DNA from: Epiperipatus broadwayi
Lineage: Eukaryota > Animalia > Onychophora
NCBI GenBank assembly: GCA_028023455.1
Contig: JAQFVV010000009.1
Coordinates: 3,782,001-3,846,000, forward strand
Reading direction: 5' to 3'
DNA: 64,000 bases
How positions within the stretch are numbered: the first letter of the stretch is position 1; the number at the start of each line of letters is the position of its first letter. The translations under genes were made by a program, and so were the position numbers. Below the pieces are notes generated by a model that saw only the letters and a program-made list of their open reading frames with translations, was not told the DNA's origin and searched no databases. Below are positions 11,030 through 25,165 of this stretch, one piece after another.

Positions 11030-13534
11030 TGATTTATTGTTCTTAAATTCATTCCTAGAAATGAGTTAGATAAAGCTATGATCCACCAACTTTGAGCTCC
11101 AGAGTTTATCCCTCTGGAACTGCAGTAAATCCTTATAGAGCAATAAAAACAACAGACATTTTGTTCCACTGCTTTCATTTCTGAGCAAAATTGAAAGTAA
11201 AAGTAATTTATTTTCAGCTTTTAATGCTTATCCATCCTTGAATTAATAGAAATAATTTGTAAAGAGAGTGATAGTAACTTCCAAGCATGCATGGTTAGCT
11301 TATTTCATACTTCTCATTGTTTTATAGTCAGAGTAGATGAGATCTATTGACAATATGAATATTGATAAAAACTTATCTTTTAATCCTATTTGTAACTTTT
11401 TTTAAAAAAATTAACTTTTCAGGATAAATAAACTATATAGAAAAAATAAAATTATGATTAATGCACTGCTTAATACTAAATAAAAAAAAAACAATATTAC
11501 TTCTCATCTTCTTGATTTGCAAAAGAGAATTCAATCAAGAAAACTAATAATCAAATTCTCAAATCTTTGAAAATTAATAATAGTTTATGTTTTTCAAGTA
11601 GTTTCCATTATCTGTGTGATTGAAAAATATCATTTAATTATAAGCCAGTCTATTTTATTTTATCTGTTATTGGCTAATAATTTATCAAATTATAAAAATA
11701 TGCTCAAGATAATAAATTTAAAGCAATAAAATATTTCATCAGCATACACAATCAATTATCAAAATCTTAAATTTTTTTTACACATTTTGTATGTTTCACC
11801 ATATATTTTAGCAATGTGCTTCAAAGAAGTTTTACAACCATAGTACAAGTTGGATTTCTGTGGAGTTAAAACTATCCATATTGTTAGTAATTTCTACTAA
11901 TTTATAATAAATCTCAATTAAATTGAAATAAAGGTCCTTTACCAGTGAAATACTTCACTACATTTTATGTGGTCATATTATATTAGACTTCAATTTTCTA
12001 ATGATCTTCAGTTTAATGCAAATTTTGAATTGACAAATGAAATTGTATATGATTAACATGTCTTCTGACCAAAATATTTTTTTGCTACATAATTCTTTTT
12101 GTTTGATTTTTAATAGTCCATCCATTGCATCACAACTTTCAGCTCAAATCCACATAAACTGCCTTAATAAATACTTCCTGAATTTGAGAATCTTAGTGAT
12201 CAACAAAAAATGATGTTTTAAAGATATTTTTCATAACTTAAGTATAACTTCAGAACACCATAAATAAAACAATTTATGAATATTCATCTAACTGATATAC
12301 CAAAATAACATGGTAATCAATGGTATCATATATAGCATAGAGATGGTGAAAAGTTTGCTGATAAGATTTATAAGTACTTAAATTCCTTCAGTTCAAATAC
12401 TTATGTTTATAAATTAGTAAATTTTTAATTTAACATTATTTGCATATATAGATTAATTACTTATTTTTCTTCTCATAGGACTTTTTACTTTACTTTTTCG
12501 GAACTTTTTTATAATTAAGGATCTGCTTTGTTTAATTTTTTATTATTGTAATTAATGATTGGTCATTGCAATTCATTTTCTGCATAATTAATAAAACAAG
12601 AGCTTTTTAGTCTAATGCCATCTATAGTAAGCTTGAATAATCAGTGCCAGATGTTAGTAATTTTAAACCCCTATTCCTAAATCTAGCATTGGCTTTTATC
12701 AATGATATTTGGGTACCGAAGCTGGAAATAATTCAGTTATACATTAGCAATCAAGAGATTTGTTATTCTTCATAATATTTAGTGATTCAAATTACTAATA
12801 TATGTTTTTGGGGAAATATTTCTGTCTTTACAAAAATGATACAATTATTGTGAAAAACTTAAAAGATATCTCCACATCAGCAGATCCTTTCAATAAGCTA
12901 AGATTTTTTAATCTCTGCTTCAAGCTTGAACCAGTCTATTCTGCTTTCTTAAGCAATAAACACAGAGACACAGTTTTAATATCTGTTGATTAGTAACATG
13001 TTACTTAGAATTTCGAATTGATCTGAATTATTATTTATTTATGCTTACTGAAATTATTATAAAAATTTTATTAAAAGTACTCCTACTCTATGTAGAGTTA
13101 TCTCAAGGATTTATTATCAATTACGTGTTTGTCTGTGTGATAAAAGTTTTTAAAGTAAATTTTAAAAAATTATACTTTTAAGTTAAAAAAAGCATAAGAA
13201 ATATTGAAGTAAAGATGAAGTATGTATAAATATTGTGGGACAGAGAGTTAAAAATAGGCTGTCTTAAAATCAAATATAGATTCTTTATTTAGAATAATTT
13301 GTAAATAATATAGCTCTAAAATAGAACAAGAATTATTTTTTATTGGATGAAATGACCATTTATGTATTTTTTTAAAAAATAAAAATCAACTTTGATCTAA
13401 ACAATTAATAAAAATGCAATATAATAGTAATTTAAAAAATGCTTATACACATAAACAGATTTTTAATTAATTATATTTTATGTATATCTTCTATCAATTT
13501 TTAAAGTTATTTTTATTAGATGTATATTTTGAGT

Positions 13535-14329
13535 TAAGGATAGGCAAACCATATGCTGCATGTAATCTGCAACAATTTGTGTGGTCCGTGGCCCATGAAC
13601 AAATGTAAGTTTTAAATAAAAAAGAATAATTTGTGGCAAAAATATTTGTTATAACGACCAGTATTATATCTTGAAAACAATACATTTTATAGAAAAATGC
13701 TTCAAACAAAATTTATTCTACATAACTTTTTTTCCATAAAACGCATGAATAACGTGTAATCACAAATCGTAAGTTCTACCAGATAATCGATATATTTCGA
13801 AAACAATAAATATTGTGAAAAAACTGTTTCAAACAAAAATGTCTTAAAATTTTAATCTGAAAAGTTTTTAACAAATAAATTTTCACGCATATTTACATTA
13901 GTTTCTAAGATATGGGTAAATCAGGAGTCGAATTGCATCACATCAGAGTTTTCATGAGCAGATATTGTTGCGTAACAATAGGCATCCAAGTTTGCCCACA
14001 AAAATTGCGGCACCAAAATTTTATCACAAAATTTTATTTTGTTCTCGAGTTATGAATTATAACGGGGAACAAAATTCTATGATGCATAATCACACATGCA
14101 GATATATATGTGCAATGTTCAACATCATCCAAAAATTGTCCGAAAATGATTTTAAAAGCTTTACTTCTTAAAAATTCATTGAAAAAAGTAGTTTCCAGCA
14201 TGATCACAATACTTTCCTTTATTAAGAGAACCTCATGTATCAGAAAGTAAAAAATTTTTTTAGATATAGCCCACTAGAGATTTTACAGAATCAGTATAGC
14301 CCATGGGCAGAAAAGTTTGCCCACCCCTA
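13535..14329. mobile_element. hAT-like (MER58/Charlie-type) non-autonomous element
   Basis: Left end TAAGGATAGGCAAAC versus right end read in reverse TAGGGGTGGGCAAAC (12/15). The 8-bp flanks TTTTGAGT and TTCTAAAT differ only by transitions. The CpG-richer interior may be a nested element. Confidence 0.5.
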
Positions 14330-17300
14330 TTCTAAATTATTATCTAAATATTTTTTCCATTACATTTTAATACTTTTCGTTCCAGCTACAAATTTATTTG
14401 CAAATATTGATTTCTGTCAATAAATATTATAATCAATTCACCTAATTCATTTTCTTTTCTTCAATCAATAATCTCCCCCTCCCCCATTTGATTACTAAAA
14501 AAACAGAAGACACTTTTCAATAATAAAGAATAGATAAACGTTATTCTCAGTTCTCAGTCAAAACATTTTATAGTGATGACGTAGATCTGGATTTTTTTTA
14601 TTTTGTTTTCACTTCCCTCTTTTTTATATATCCAGCAAATATAGCATTTAAATAAAAGTAATGTAACCATATTTTTCAGAAGGACGTGAAGCTCAGCAAC
14701 CGAATGGCAAATTAGTCATAACAATTTATTTCACTTGATGAAGCAGATTTTTTTAAAAAAATTTACTTAAGTGAAAATTTATTCAGAAATTTTTATTTTT
14801 TAAGATTACTATTTCCCCATTACTCTAAACTGCACATGCAATTTTGTATATTATATTTAGAAAAAATATTACACATAGAAAAAAAAAAGAAGTTGGATTA
14901 ATTTATTCTACATGTTTAATTTAAAAGCAGATATATCAATCTTTAACTGATAATCTTTAGCTTATTAAATGAATAGTAATAATTATTAATGTATTTATCT
15001 GAAGGGATAATGTTAAAATTTTCAATGAGACAGATTTACATACGAAAATGGCAGTACTAATTAGGGGCAGTTAGTCCTGATTTTAAAAACAAATTTTGAG
15101 CTTACTAATTAAAAATTAAAATATAATAATTAAGTATTTAATTCCTAGGGAGTTAGGTAACCTTTGAGCAATCTAGTGACAGATAAGTAATTAATAGTTC
15201 CAGGCCATTAAACTAAATACCTTTTTTTATAATTTTTATAAAGCTCAGCTGAGAAGTGATCCTGGGATCTTTAGTTTTGAATCTATTGTTCTGTCAATGT
15301 TTTCTTTTAAAAGGCAGAAAAAGGTTTTTTTCTGTGCATTTGGGCTTAATAATTAATGGCTATTTAAAATACATACATACCCATGCATATATTGTGACCA
15401 TAGCAGATGTTTTCTTAGTAGTCTCCTGTATGTATATAGGTTCAATTTTATATAACCCTGCTAAATATGTAACAATAACAAAATCTTATAATAGGCTTAA
15501 TAACATGCAATATTCTGAAATAAAATTACTATTGTTTGTTATTGTAAGTTGCAATATCTAAATAATTATATACAAACTTAAAAATATTGTTATTGCTAGA
15601 ATACTCCAGAAAAGAAAGAAATAATTGTTATGCAGAAAAAAAAGTCAGTAATTGCAAGAACAACAGGCAAATTTGCATATTAATAAAATTCTTAATTTAA
15701 GCAAATTATCAAGGCTGATAAAAACTGCAGAAGAAGAAAAAGGAAGGAAAGAAATAAACAGTGCAAAAATGGTATACTGAGTATTGAGTTTGAGCTTCAT
15801 TCTGTGATCAGTTCTAGTCATGAATCTAATTCACCTATCTCATAATAATGTGTGTGAATAATAATATGCTACAAAGTTTCAGAGTTAAAGAAGCATTTAT
15901 ATATATTAAATCTCTACAGAGACATGAATTGTTAAGAGATTAAGAGATCATGTTCTCAACTAGCAAATAGCAAGTTGAATTAATAATCTTTTATGAACAG
16001 TATTATCATTATGCAGAATAAAATAAGCTCTAAATTTCTTATTAAACTTTGTTGGTGTTTTTTTTAAATTAATAATTCAAATTATCCAGCTGCCAATTAA
16101 CTGGTTGGCCCTGGATACATTATAAGTAAAGATGATGATCAAGTATGATCAATCCTTTTTATACACTATATTGCGGTAAAAATCCAATTGGCATTAGGTA
16201 TATACATGCATATATGTTTGGTTGTTATCTAAATCTTTGCAAGCACATATTTAAAAACATAACAAAGCTATAGAACTCAGTCAATAAGACACATACTCCC
16301 TCAGCTTATGAAAACACAAAGCAACCAATCATAACATCATTATCAATCACATATATGCATGGATTACTAAATCAAGAATAGAGTTAAGACTGTGTTTTAA
16401 GTAACAAAAATATTTATTTTAAAATTTTGACTATATATAACATTTTATATTGGTTTCATATAGTTGTACAATCAAAAAAAAAAAAAAAATCCTGTGTATT
16501 TGATTGAATTGAAAAATTATACAATGAAAAAAACGAATCCCATGCATTTCTGATTGTAATACTGTTTTCAAACAATAGCTCAATAATTTTGGCTTTTTAC
16601 AGTTATATAACTTACCAAATTAATTTCCAATCTTTACAGTATTTTATCATTAATTTAATAAGTCATAAAAACATCATAATTTAATACATTTTTAAATATT
16701 TTCACAAAACAAAAATGTACAACTGATTATACTATAAATATTAATTATATTTGATTTAGTATTCAAAGTTATTAAAATATGAATGAAAATAAATAAATAA
16801 TTTGAATAGAAAAAAATGTCTTGAAGTGTTTATTATATCTTATATCAAGGCATTTTTAAAAAATTAATCAGTGAGTAGATATTTAGAAAAATTTTCTCTA
16901 GAAAGTTAACTCTGATTTTGTGCATGTAACTTGCATCTTTCTTTTTCTTATAGCTAAGTTCATTTCCAGTAAATATATATTGAAATGAACAATCTATTAT
17001 TCATTTCAGTAAAAAACAAGTAAAATAAAATATAAAAAATTATTCCAAGCAAATTGATATGCAAATTGTTTTTGTTTTTTTTTTTTTTAAAAAAAAAAAC
17101 TAAAATGAGGTTCAAGAAAGAAACTAAGTTTTGATATAAAAATCAGTTTTCTTTTCTCTTAATCAGACTAGAATATTATTTCATTCAAATACTGCAGGAC
17201 ATCCACTTATGCTTTAGCTATATCTAATCTGAACAATTTGGAATAATACATTGAATAACTCTGGCTGATATTATCACCCTAAATGGGTTTTTAATATTTA

Positions 17301-17867
17301 TCAGAAAGAAGTAAATGACAATTATTTTGTTTTGGTGAGTCTTATAATTAAAGTCTGATTTGTACTATATTTTAACTAATCTGAATTTGTAAATAATGCT
17401 TGTTATCCAGATATTATTTTGAAGAAACTATTAGTTTAAAATAATACAAAAATTCCAGTAACTTCTCTTTATTTATTAAAATTATTTGTTAGAAAAGGAA
17501 AAAATAATTATATATCGCATAAGTATGCTAAGCTTATGAATTTTATATACGTTATTAATAAGAGGAAAAGGTAAAGAAATAATGATAATCATGTAAATTC
17601 AATGCACATATATAAATTGCCTAAGTCTCAAATAACCAGTTAACAATGTAATTATTTCAATTAGACTCATTCATTCATAATTAAATTTATATTTGATTAT
17701 TGAAAATTGAATTTTATGTAGCTGGATTTATATATGCACAGTTGTTTGTTGAATATTTAATAGTTTACATATGTTCACATCCATATGGAAGAATACATTC
17801 CTATCAGATTAAGAAATTAGGGATTAATCTCAGAATGAGTCATCCCTGTACATATTGTATTTATATT

Positions 17868-18040
17868 AAATTAGGTTCAGAACCAAAAAAACACTCTGTA
17901 TAATTATTTTATAGAAGGTTTATTCAGTCAGGGTTAGGACCAAAAGGGCCATCTCTTTATAGTTATTATTATATATGCAGTTATGTTTAGGATTAGGATC
18001 CAAAAAACCATTCCTTATAATTATTATGATAAAGATATAT
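17868..18040. repeat. Degenerate tandem repeat, about three units of ~59 bp
   Basis: AGG.TTAGGA.CCAAAA...TATA.TTATT-like blocks recur at ~17872, ~17931 and ~17990. Confidence 0.6.
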
Positions 18041-18336
18041 AAAAAAATATTTATGTAATTCATGCATGCATAGAATTATATTTAAATTTATTTAAGACAT
18101 GGTTAAAGGTACAGCAAATGTAACATTATCCATGAATATAAAATCATATTATACCTATCCTGTCTATAGGATAATGGTGATTATGATTTTTCAAAAATCA
18201 AATATATCAAAATATATATAAGTTCGAATCTATATGACTATACAAGCAAATAATCTTGGGTTGAAATGTTATGGTGTTTTCATCTTGAGCTTCTAACTTT
18301 ATAGTTAACCAAATAGATAAAAAGTGGCTGCTGAAG

Positions 18337-18512
18337 GATTGCATTAGATCCTACGATCTAGATTCAGTGCTCTCAAATCCAAGGCTCTCCATTGATGAAA
18401 GCCACAGGCTAGAAACTAGTCTGGTGATGTTGGATGAGTAGGAACTAGATAAGGATTTTATGCACAAACCTTCCTGCATCCATTGATAATGAAGGTTTGC
18501 ACTGGAGAGTTT
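18337..18512 (+). mobile_element. Family-2 hammerhead element
   Basis: Aligns with 4060-4150 and 30775-30950. Confidence 0.8.
18378..18434 (+). ncRNA. Type I hammerhead, family 2, best-preserved copy
   Basis: TCCAA-GGCT-CTCCA-TTGATGA-AAGCC-ACA-GGCTA-GAAA-CTAG-TC/TGGTG-ATG-TTGGA. Stem II is AGCC/GGCT, stem III is ACTAGT, and distal stem I is TCCAA/TTGGA. Predicted cut after 18421. Confidence 0.7.
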
Positions 18513-20160
18513 GATAATTTAAGAATATATTGATATGATGACTGATAAAGATTAAAGGATCTTGTTAAAGAAATAAACTGCATATGTTAATGATTATACT
18601 TTGTAAATAAATTATTATTACATGAAATGTTAATTTTAATAAAGAAAATAAATTATACATTATTTAATATGTACATTTGTAAATAAATTATTCTCACATG
18701 ATATGTTACCTTATTGACACAAGATTACATGGTCTACTATCATTCAACTTATGTTCTCTATGATTTAACCTGGTTTTACAAATGGAGCTGTGTAATGATT
18801 GCACTATTTCATTGAATAAATATTGTTTTAAATATACATGTTAGTTCATTTTCTGATACTTAAAGCCAGATGGCACCCATGTAATTTGGGTAAAATAAAT
18901 AAATAGAGAAAATGTAAAATAAATGAACTATGCTAATCTGGCCCAATGGATAAGTACTACTTCTGTATGAAATATGTATATTGGGGATCATTTCTCTTAT
19001 TTGCATATGTATGGTCATGCGTATTGATTATTTGAAATAAAATGGAAGCCAAATATAGACTGAAAAATTCTACTTTCAAATCCCTCTACTTACATATATA
19101 AGAAACATTTAGTATAGATAAATTATATATGTATGTGTGAATTTTTTACTTCTGCAAGCAATGCTAAAAAGATAAATAATCTGTGATTTAAAGTTATTAA
19201 ATATAAAGCAATTTTATTCATACTTGGAATATGGAAATATAATCTTTTATGGGAATTTTTTTCATTATAGTTTAAGTTGAGACAAAATCTCTATAAAGTC
19301 TCTTAAGTCTGACAAAATTATCCATGAAACTAGTAGGCATGTTGACATGCTATTTCTCAGTTGACAATCCTTTGGTTATTTGACCAATACAAATCTTTTA
19401 GACAATAATCATTATAGGATTGTGTGATGTATCTCATTTTCCTGTAGGTTTGTAGCAAATTTTGTCCTATTAATATTAATCCAAAATGATACAGCAAACA
19501 ACCCAATAACTCAATAAATAATTGATAAAAATTAGACTTTCAGCTGCAGTAGCTATTTGTCAATCTGCATTTCATAGCAAGTCAACAGATAATCATAGGA
19601 GAATTGAATTATTTTAAAGCAACAAACTGAGTCCAATCCTTAATTTTGTAACTAGTTATTAACTTTTAAACTTAACAAAAGATTTCTTTAAAAACAATCA
19701 AATTTTTTTTAACTAGCAACAACAACATTAACAAAAAAAAAAGAACACAAATAAAAAAGTTTCAAAATTAATTTTTAAGTTTAAACATAAGTAAACATAT
19801 TTAGAAAAAAAATTTTTATTAACATATTTTAAAATCAAGAATCAAAGTTAGAGAAAAGAAAGAATTCTTTCATTTTTTTTACATTCAAAAAAATATTAAA
19901 AATTATATTATCTAATATATTTTAAAAGAGTTTACAATCATTTAGATCATCTGTATATTATTATATAGGCATGTATCAGTTTATTATTTTTACAACATGA
20001 AAGAGTTTAAAATTAATATTATTAAATGGTATTATATGCAAAGGGACATAAATATCGCAATATATAGTTCGATAATTTTTCAAGTCTGTTTGAAATATAA
20101 TAATTTTTATAGTTTCCAAAATTTGTAAAACAAAAACTTTCCCAGACAAAGCATTTCTAT

Positions 20161-20315
20161 ATGTATGGGAGATGGTAATCTGGACCAATTGATGTGTGCT
20201 GGTTTAGCACAAAATACATATATTGGTGATTATTTATCTTTTCTGCATGTGCATTAGTAGTATGAGATAGTGTGAATAGTGAAGGGGCTTGAAGGTCTGA
20301 TTTCAAATCCTTATA
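20161..20315 (+). mobile_element. Family-1 3' fragment with decayed hammerhead (copy C)
   Basis: ACCAA-TTGATGT-GTGCTGGTTTAGCAC-AAAA-TACATA-TA-TTGGT-GATTAT; homologous to 5480-5650. Confidence 0.8.
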
Positions 20316-22057
20316 TTTATATTTTTAATAGTAAAATACTATTATTTATCCCTATTAAAGAAGCTGACATGATTTTTTGCAGCAAGTGTCTAAATATTGA
20401 TACATAAGTGAAATAAATATCAATGTTGAAAATAATTATGTAAAAAAAATTAAGATTGTTGTATTCAAGAAATATAAACATGCTTTCATGAAGTTTTGAT
20501 AATCTTTTGTACTCCAAATCTTACTAATAATAAAATAAATTTAAGATTTAGTCTCTCTAACAACAATAAATCACAAATCTTACTCATAAGAAACGTATTG
20601 TTGTTAGAAATTGTCTTATTAAACTTTATCTCTGAATATGAAATGCTATAAAAATTGTATTAAAAAGATGAAAAGCAAGAAAAAAATCATCAATGACATT
20701 CAAATCATTTCTTAATAATAGTACTCTATATTAAGACATCTCAAACTATTTGAGTTAAAAACTTTGATATTCATCTCGTTCAAAATTACGTGAAGTGCTA
20801 TATATATATATACAACTAAAAACATGTACAAAAACTAAGAAAATCTATAGTTTAATAGTAATACACTGCTATTAAAAAGATTAAAATTATAAATTTTTCA
20901 TATTTATGCAATAAAAAACAAAATCATAAAGATAGATATTAAAATCTTTGAACACTTCCTAAAATATTTTCTTTTTCAGAATTCTGAGTTTATACTTCCA
21001 ATACAAATTTAATTATTTTGAATTATAATTTTATAACATAATTATTAGATTGCAATAAGTTCCTTTGATATTATTATGAAATCAATAATAAAAATAGTTT
21101 TTTCTTGCTTTCCACATTATAGTAACTTTTTATCAAAGCATTTTTTTATGTGTTGTCCACAACATTAGATGCTATTGTCCAATATTAAGTTTAAAACAGT
21201 TGAATTTCAAGATGGCATCAAAATAAAAAGATTGGTAGTTATTAAAGATATTATTACTTTGAACATTGTTGCCATTAAACCACATTATAAGTTAATCTCA
21301 AAAAATATCAATACACAAATTTGTATCAGTAAATATACATGAAAATACTGCTAAGAAATAAATGGTAAAATTAAACTTTGACCAAGTTTAATATTAGCCC
21401 TTTAGCAACTTTATTTTATAAAAAGCCTTCTAGAAAAAATACATTACACAAAGTCTTTTAATTTGGTAAAATCATCCAGAAATGATAATATTAATTTCTT
21501 TTCTCAGACTAACAATGAAGAATCAAAAGTATTTTTAAAAAATACTTAAGACTAAATAGAAGCTTAGAGTATATTTATTGTCATATAATGAATTTTTTGA
21601 TAAACTTCACCTTATGTCCCCTCCATGACTATTCTTAATATAAAGGATAATGAGACTATAAATGTTTAAGAATTTTCACATGTAGATTGATGCAATGGTA
21701 GAAGAACAGACTCTGGAACTTAAGGCCTATAGATCATGTCCAAGACAGTTATGTGTGGTGTGTAAACTTCTCATGAACTCTCCAAAAAATAAAGCCATTC
21801 AATTTTACTTTTTTTAATCCAAGGCTCATTCAAACATAAAACCAAAACAAAAATAAGCTTGTACTCTCTGCAACATACAGTCTATATTTTATTGTTATTT
21901 ATATGACTGTGAATAGATAAAGATAATTAAAGATTACTGTGAAAATGCAAATTAAAAATGGATAAAATTTAATTTAACACTTTATGATAAACAATATAAT
22001 TTAATGATTACCTATAATATTTACAAAATTAATATACATCCTTATATATATATATAT

Positions 22058-23597
22058 TGAACCGTATTCGAATATGTGCATTCGAAACACCGGCCTCTTA
22101 GGCAGAGAAGAACATACTCAGAGAGTATGTATGCCCAAACGATAGCTATAAAATATATAACTAGAGTTACATTTCCAGGACATAACTTCTTCTCGACTGT
22201 TGAGTTCAACACCAAATTCAAAGCACTTTTTTTTGTTTGTGTATAAACACGGGCGCCAGCTATCTATTCAAGGATGAATAAATAACGCACTTTGAGCAAT
22301 GGCCACTAACTCAACGCCTAAATCCACGACTAGCTCAGCTGTTTGTAATCACTAATAGATTATACATAATTAGTGGTTAAAAGACTTGATAAAGAATTGT
22401 AAAAAGAATTTATAAAAAGAATTGTAAAAGAATTGATAAAAAATTTGATAAAAGGAATTGATAAAAAGAATTGACCGACAAATAAAGTTTAATTTTAAAG
22501 ATAATTTATTAACTAACATTTATTTGATAAATTTAAACATTTTATAATTCTAATAAAACACACGCATATTTTAAATTAACATTTCTAAATAGTTTAAATA
22601 TTCCTATAGATTTAATAACAGAACACTCTAATTTAACTAATAAATATTGATATAATGATCACGCACATATTAACTCATGCACACACATAATAATGATAAT
22701 AAAGGACTACATAGCATTTGAAATTTAATCACACACATCAATAGTTCATTTATGTATGATATAGAGTTCATATAATTAGACTCTTGAAAGATTCGTACGA
22801 ATTAATGAAATGCAATGGCTATTACAGTATAAACAAAAATAAGCAAATGTTTTACCTAGGATTTTGAATGTAGATTTAACACTTTGTTTTCTTGTTTGTT
22901 GTTTCTTCCAGTATGAATGCTTCCATCCGGCTGGGACGTTTCCTTGCTGAGTTTCCTGATTTTCACGATTATTACTATCGGAGACAAATAGATACTGACG
23001 GAGATTTTCTAAGATGTTAAGCTGATATTATTTCACGGGCAGATCTGCTGTTTTCTAGGACATCTGGGCTGGAGATAAACGTGCATTCCCAAGATCTTCT
23101 CAACACTGCATTTTGTTTGTTAACTGCTCAATTAATCTCTGAACTGCACTACTCAATTACTTTGTGAACTGAACTCACTCAATTAATTTGTGGAATGAAT
23201 TGTCCGATTAAAAAAAGGTCTATTTATACCTGTGCCTTGTTGTCTTTCTAATATCTCCGGCAAAGATCTGTTGTCCAATTCCAATGATAATCATTTGATA
23301 AACGTGTTTTGGAAGATTGCTTAATTAGTAATAGCCATACAATAAAATGTGTTGTTTTATTTTATTAATAGCCATTGCCGTGGTTTTAATGATAATCTTC
23401 TTTTATTTCGCATACATTTTATTTATTTACAAATCGCACATATATACGCACATATATTTTTAATACAATTTACTATTTAGTTTTAACATTATTTTTTCTT
23501 TAATGAAAAGAGATCGTTATGTTTTTCTTTAACGAAAGATTATTTTAATAATATAATTTTAGATAAAATTATATGTGCCTATATCAATATAGGTACA
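22058..23597 (-). mobile_element. Young 1540-bp insertion, probably a solo LTR (Ty3/Gypsy-like)
   Basis: Ends are TGAACC...GGTACA (TG..CA, imperfect terminal inverted repeat), flanked by ATAT inside a TA run. CpG-rich relative to its flanks. TATAAATAG lies on the minus strand at 23220-23228. No ORF. Confidence 0.55.
22385..22455. repeat. Degenerate AAAAGAATTGAT minisatellite inside the LTR-like insert
   Basis: About seven units of 10-12 bp. Confidence 0.8.
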
Positions 23598-24637
23598 ATA
23601 TATATATATATATATGACATGAAATTGCCATATAGGCACATAATAAATCATAATTTAGACTGGTATTATGTGCATAAATCCCTAATATGCTATTTTATAC
23701 TCCAAGAGACAGAGTCCATGGGTTAGGACTCCTGTAATGATTTTCTACTACTACTAATAAAGTTGAAGTGGCATAATCCATGAGAAAGTCTGCTTCCATT
23801 TATCTATGAGTGTATCATTATATAGTATAAGGATGAACAATTTTTTTGCTAATAGTCTACATAAACTTCTACAAAATCACTAGTAGACCACACATAAAAA
23901 ATATTTTTATTTTTCAAAAGGACTTCATTTTTAATGAATTTCCATAGTTTCAACATTATGCAAAATATGGTGGAAGAAGAACTTTTTAAGAGTGGATAAC
24001 TTGATTTTGAGGAGTTGGAGAATGGTTTGATAATATAAGTGTAGTCCATATGTAGGTTTAAAGATTGTCATGTGTTACTAAACATGTATTGTTTGTTTAT
24101 ACTATCTAATACTTTTATAATAAAATTTTTTAAAAATCTTACAGTTGTGTATGGGCTATGGGTCATAGTTTTTTCATTTTTGTTCTAGAATCAAACTGAT
24201 CTATCAGTCTATAGGTGACCTTGGCATAATTAAACATACTATTTAAATCAGTATTTAATTTTTCTGAAATTAGTTTTTTTTCTCTGCATTTTGATAGTAA
24301 TTAAAATCTAATTCCTTTCAAAAATGTATTAACTAAGTATAAAATCAGTTTACTTATATATGTATATAATATTTAAATACATGTATATTGGCTGCACTAA
24401 ATGTAATTCATAAGGGACTCGATATCAGACTTTCAAACTCCTTGCAATCATCCAATTTATCTTATACAACTGATACACATGACTATATACATGTGAAAAA
24501 GATCAATGATCTCTAATATATGTATTTTGTGCTGAACCAGTACTCATCAGTTGGTCCACAAACAATCACTGCTTAGCTTATATTAAGATAGCAAATCTTC
24601 GATAAGTTGAGCAATGTTTGTTTTTTATGTGTGGGTG

Positions 24638-24700
24638 ATGGTAGCATGGATTCTGATGAGTGCTGGTTCAGCATGAAATACATATATTGAAGATCATTGA
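24638..24700 (+). ncRNA. Hammerhead, family 1, copy E (core intact, stem I damaged)
   Basis: CTGATGA-GTGCTG-GTT-CAGCAT-GAAA-TACATA-TA/TTGAA. Confidence 0.75.
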
Positions 24701-25098
24701 TCTTTTTCACATGTAAGTGGTCATTTGTATCAGTTGTATAAGATAGATTAGATAGCTGTGGGAAGTTTGAAAGTCTGAGTTCAAGTCTCTTATAATTACC
24801 TTAAGTATAGGCAATATGCATATATTTAAATATTACATATTCAGCCTGTATTTTGCTTATCCATCTTCTGAATAATTAAATGGACATATTAAGATCCTGT
24901 GTATGAATGATCAGATTGACTTAAGGTCAACATGGACATGACAATGTCACCAAGAGCTTCGGGCATTTCATCAACAGAATTTCAATGATATGGGTGGCTA
25001 GAGAGTTGAAAAGTAGAGAATATTGAAGGTTGTACATTAAAGTTTGAGGATTTGCTATCTTAATATAAGCTAAACAGTGGTTGTATATATGTGAGGCA

Positions 25099-25165
25099 GA
25101 TGGTGATCTGGACCCACTGATGAGAGCTGGTTCAGCATGAAATATGTATATTGGATATTATTGAT
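25099..25165 (+). ncRNA. Hammerhead, family 1, copy F (core intact, stems partly mismatched)
   Basis: ACCCA-CTGATGA-GAGCTG-GTT-CAGCAT-GAAA-TATGTA-TA/TTGGA. Confidence 0.75.

Noticed and set aside
17868-18040. CRISPR-like periodicity
   Set aside because: The repeats are degenerate tandem units without unique spacers, in a eukaryotic context with no cas genes.
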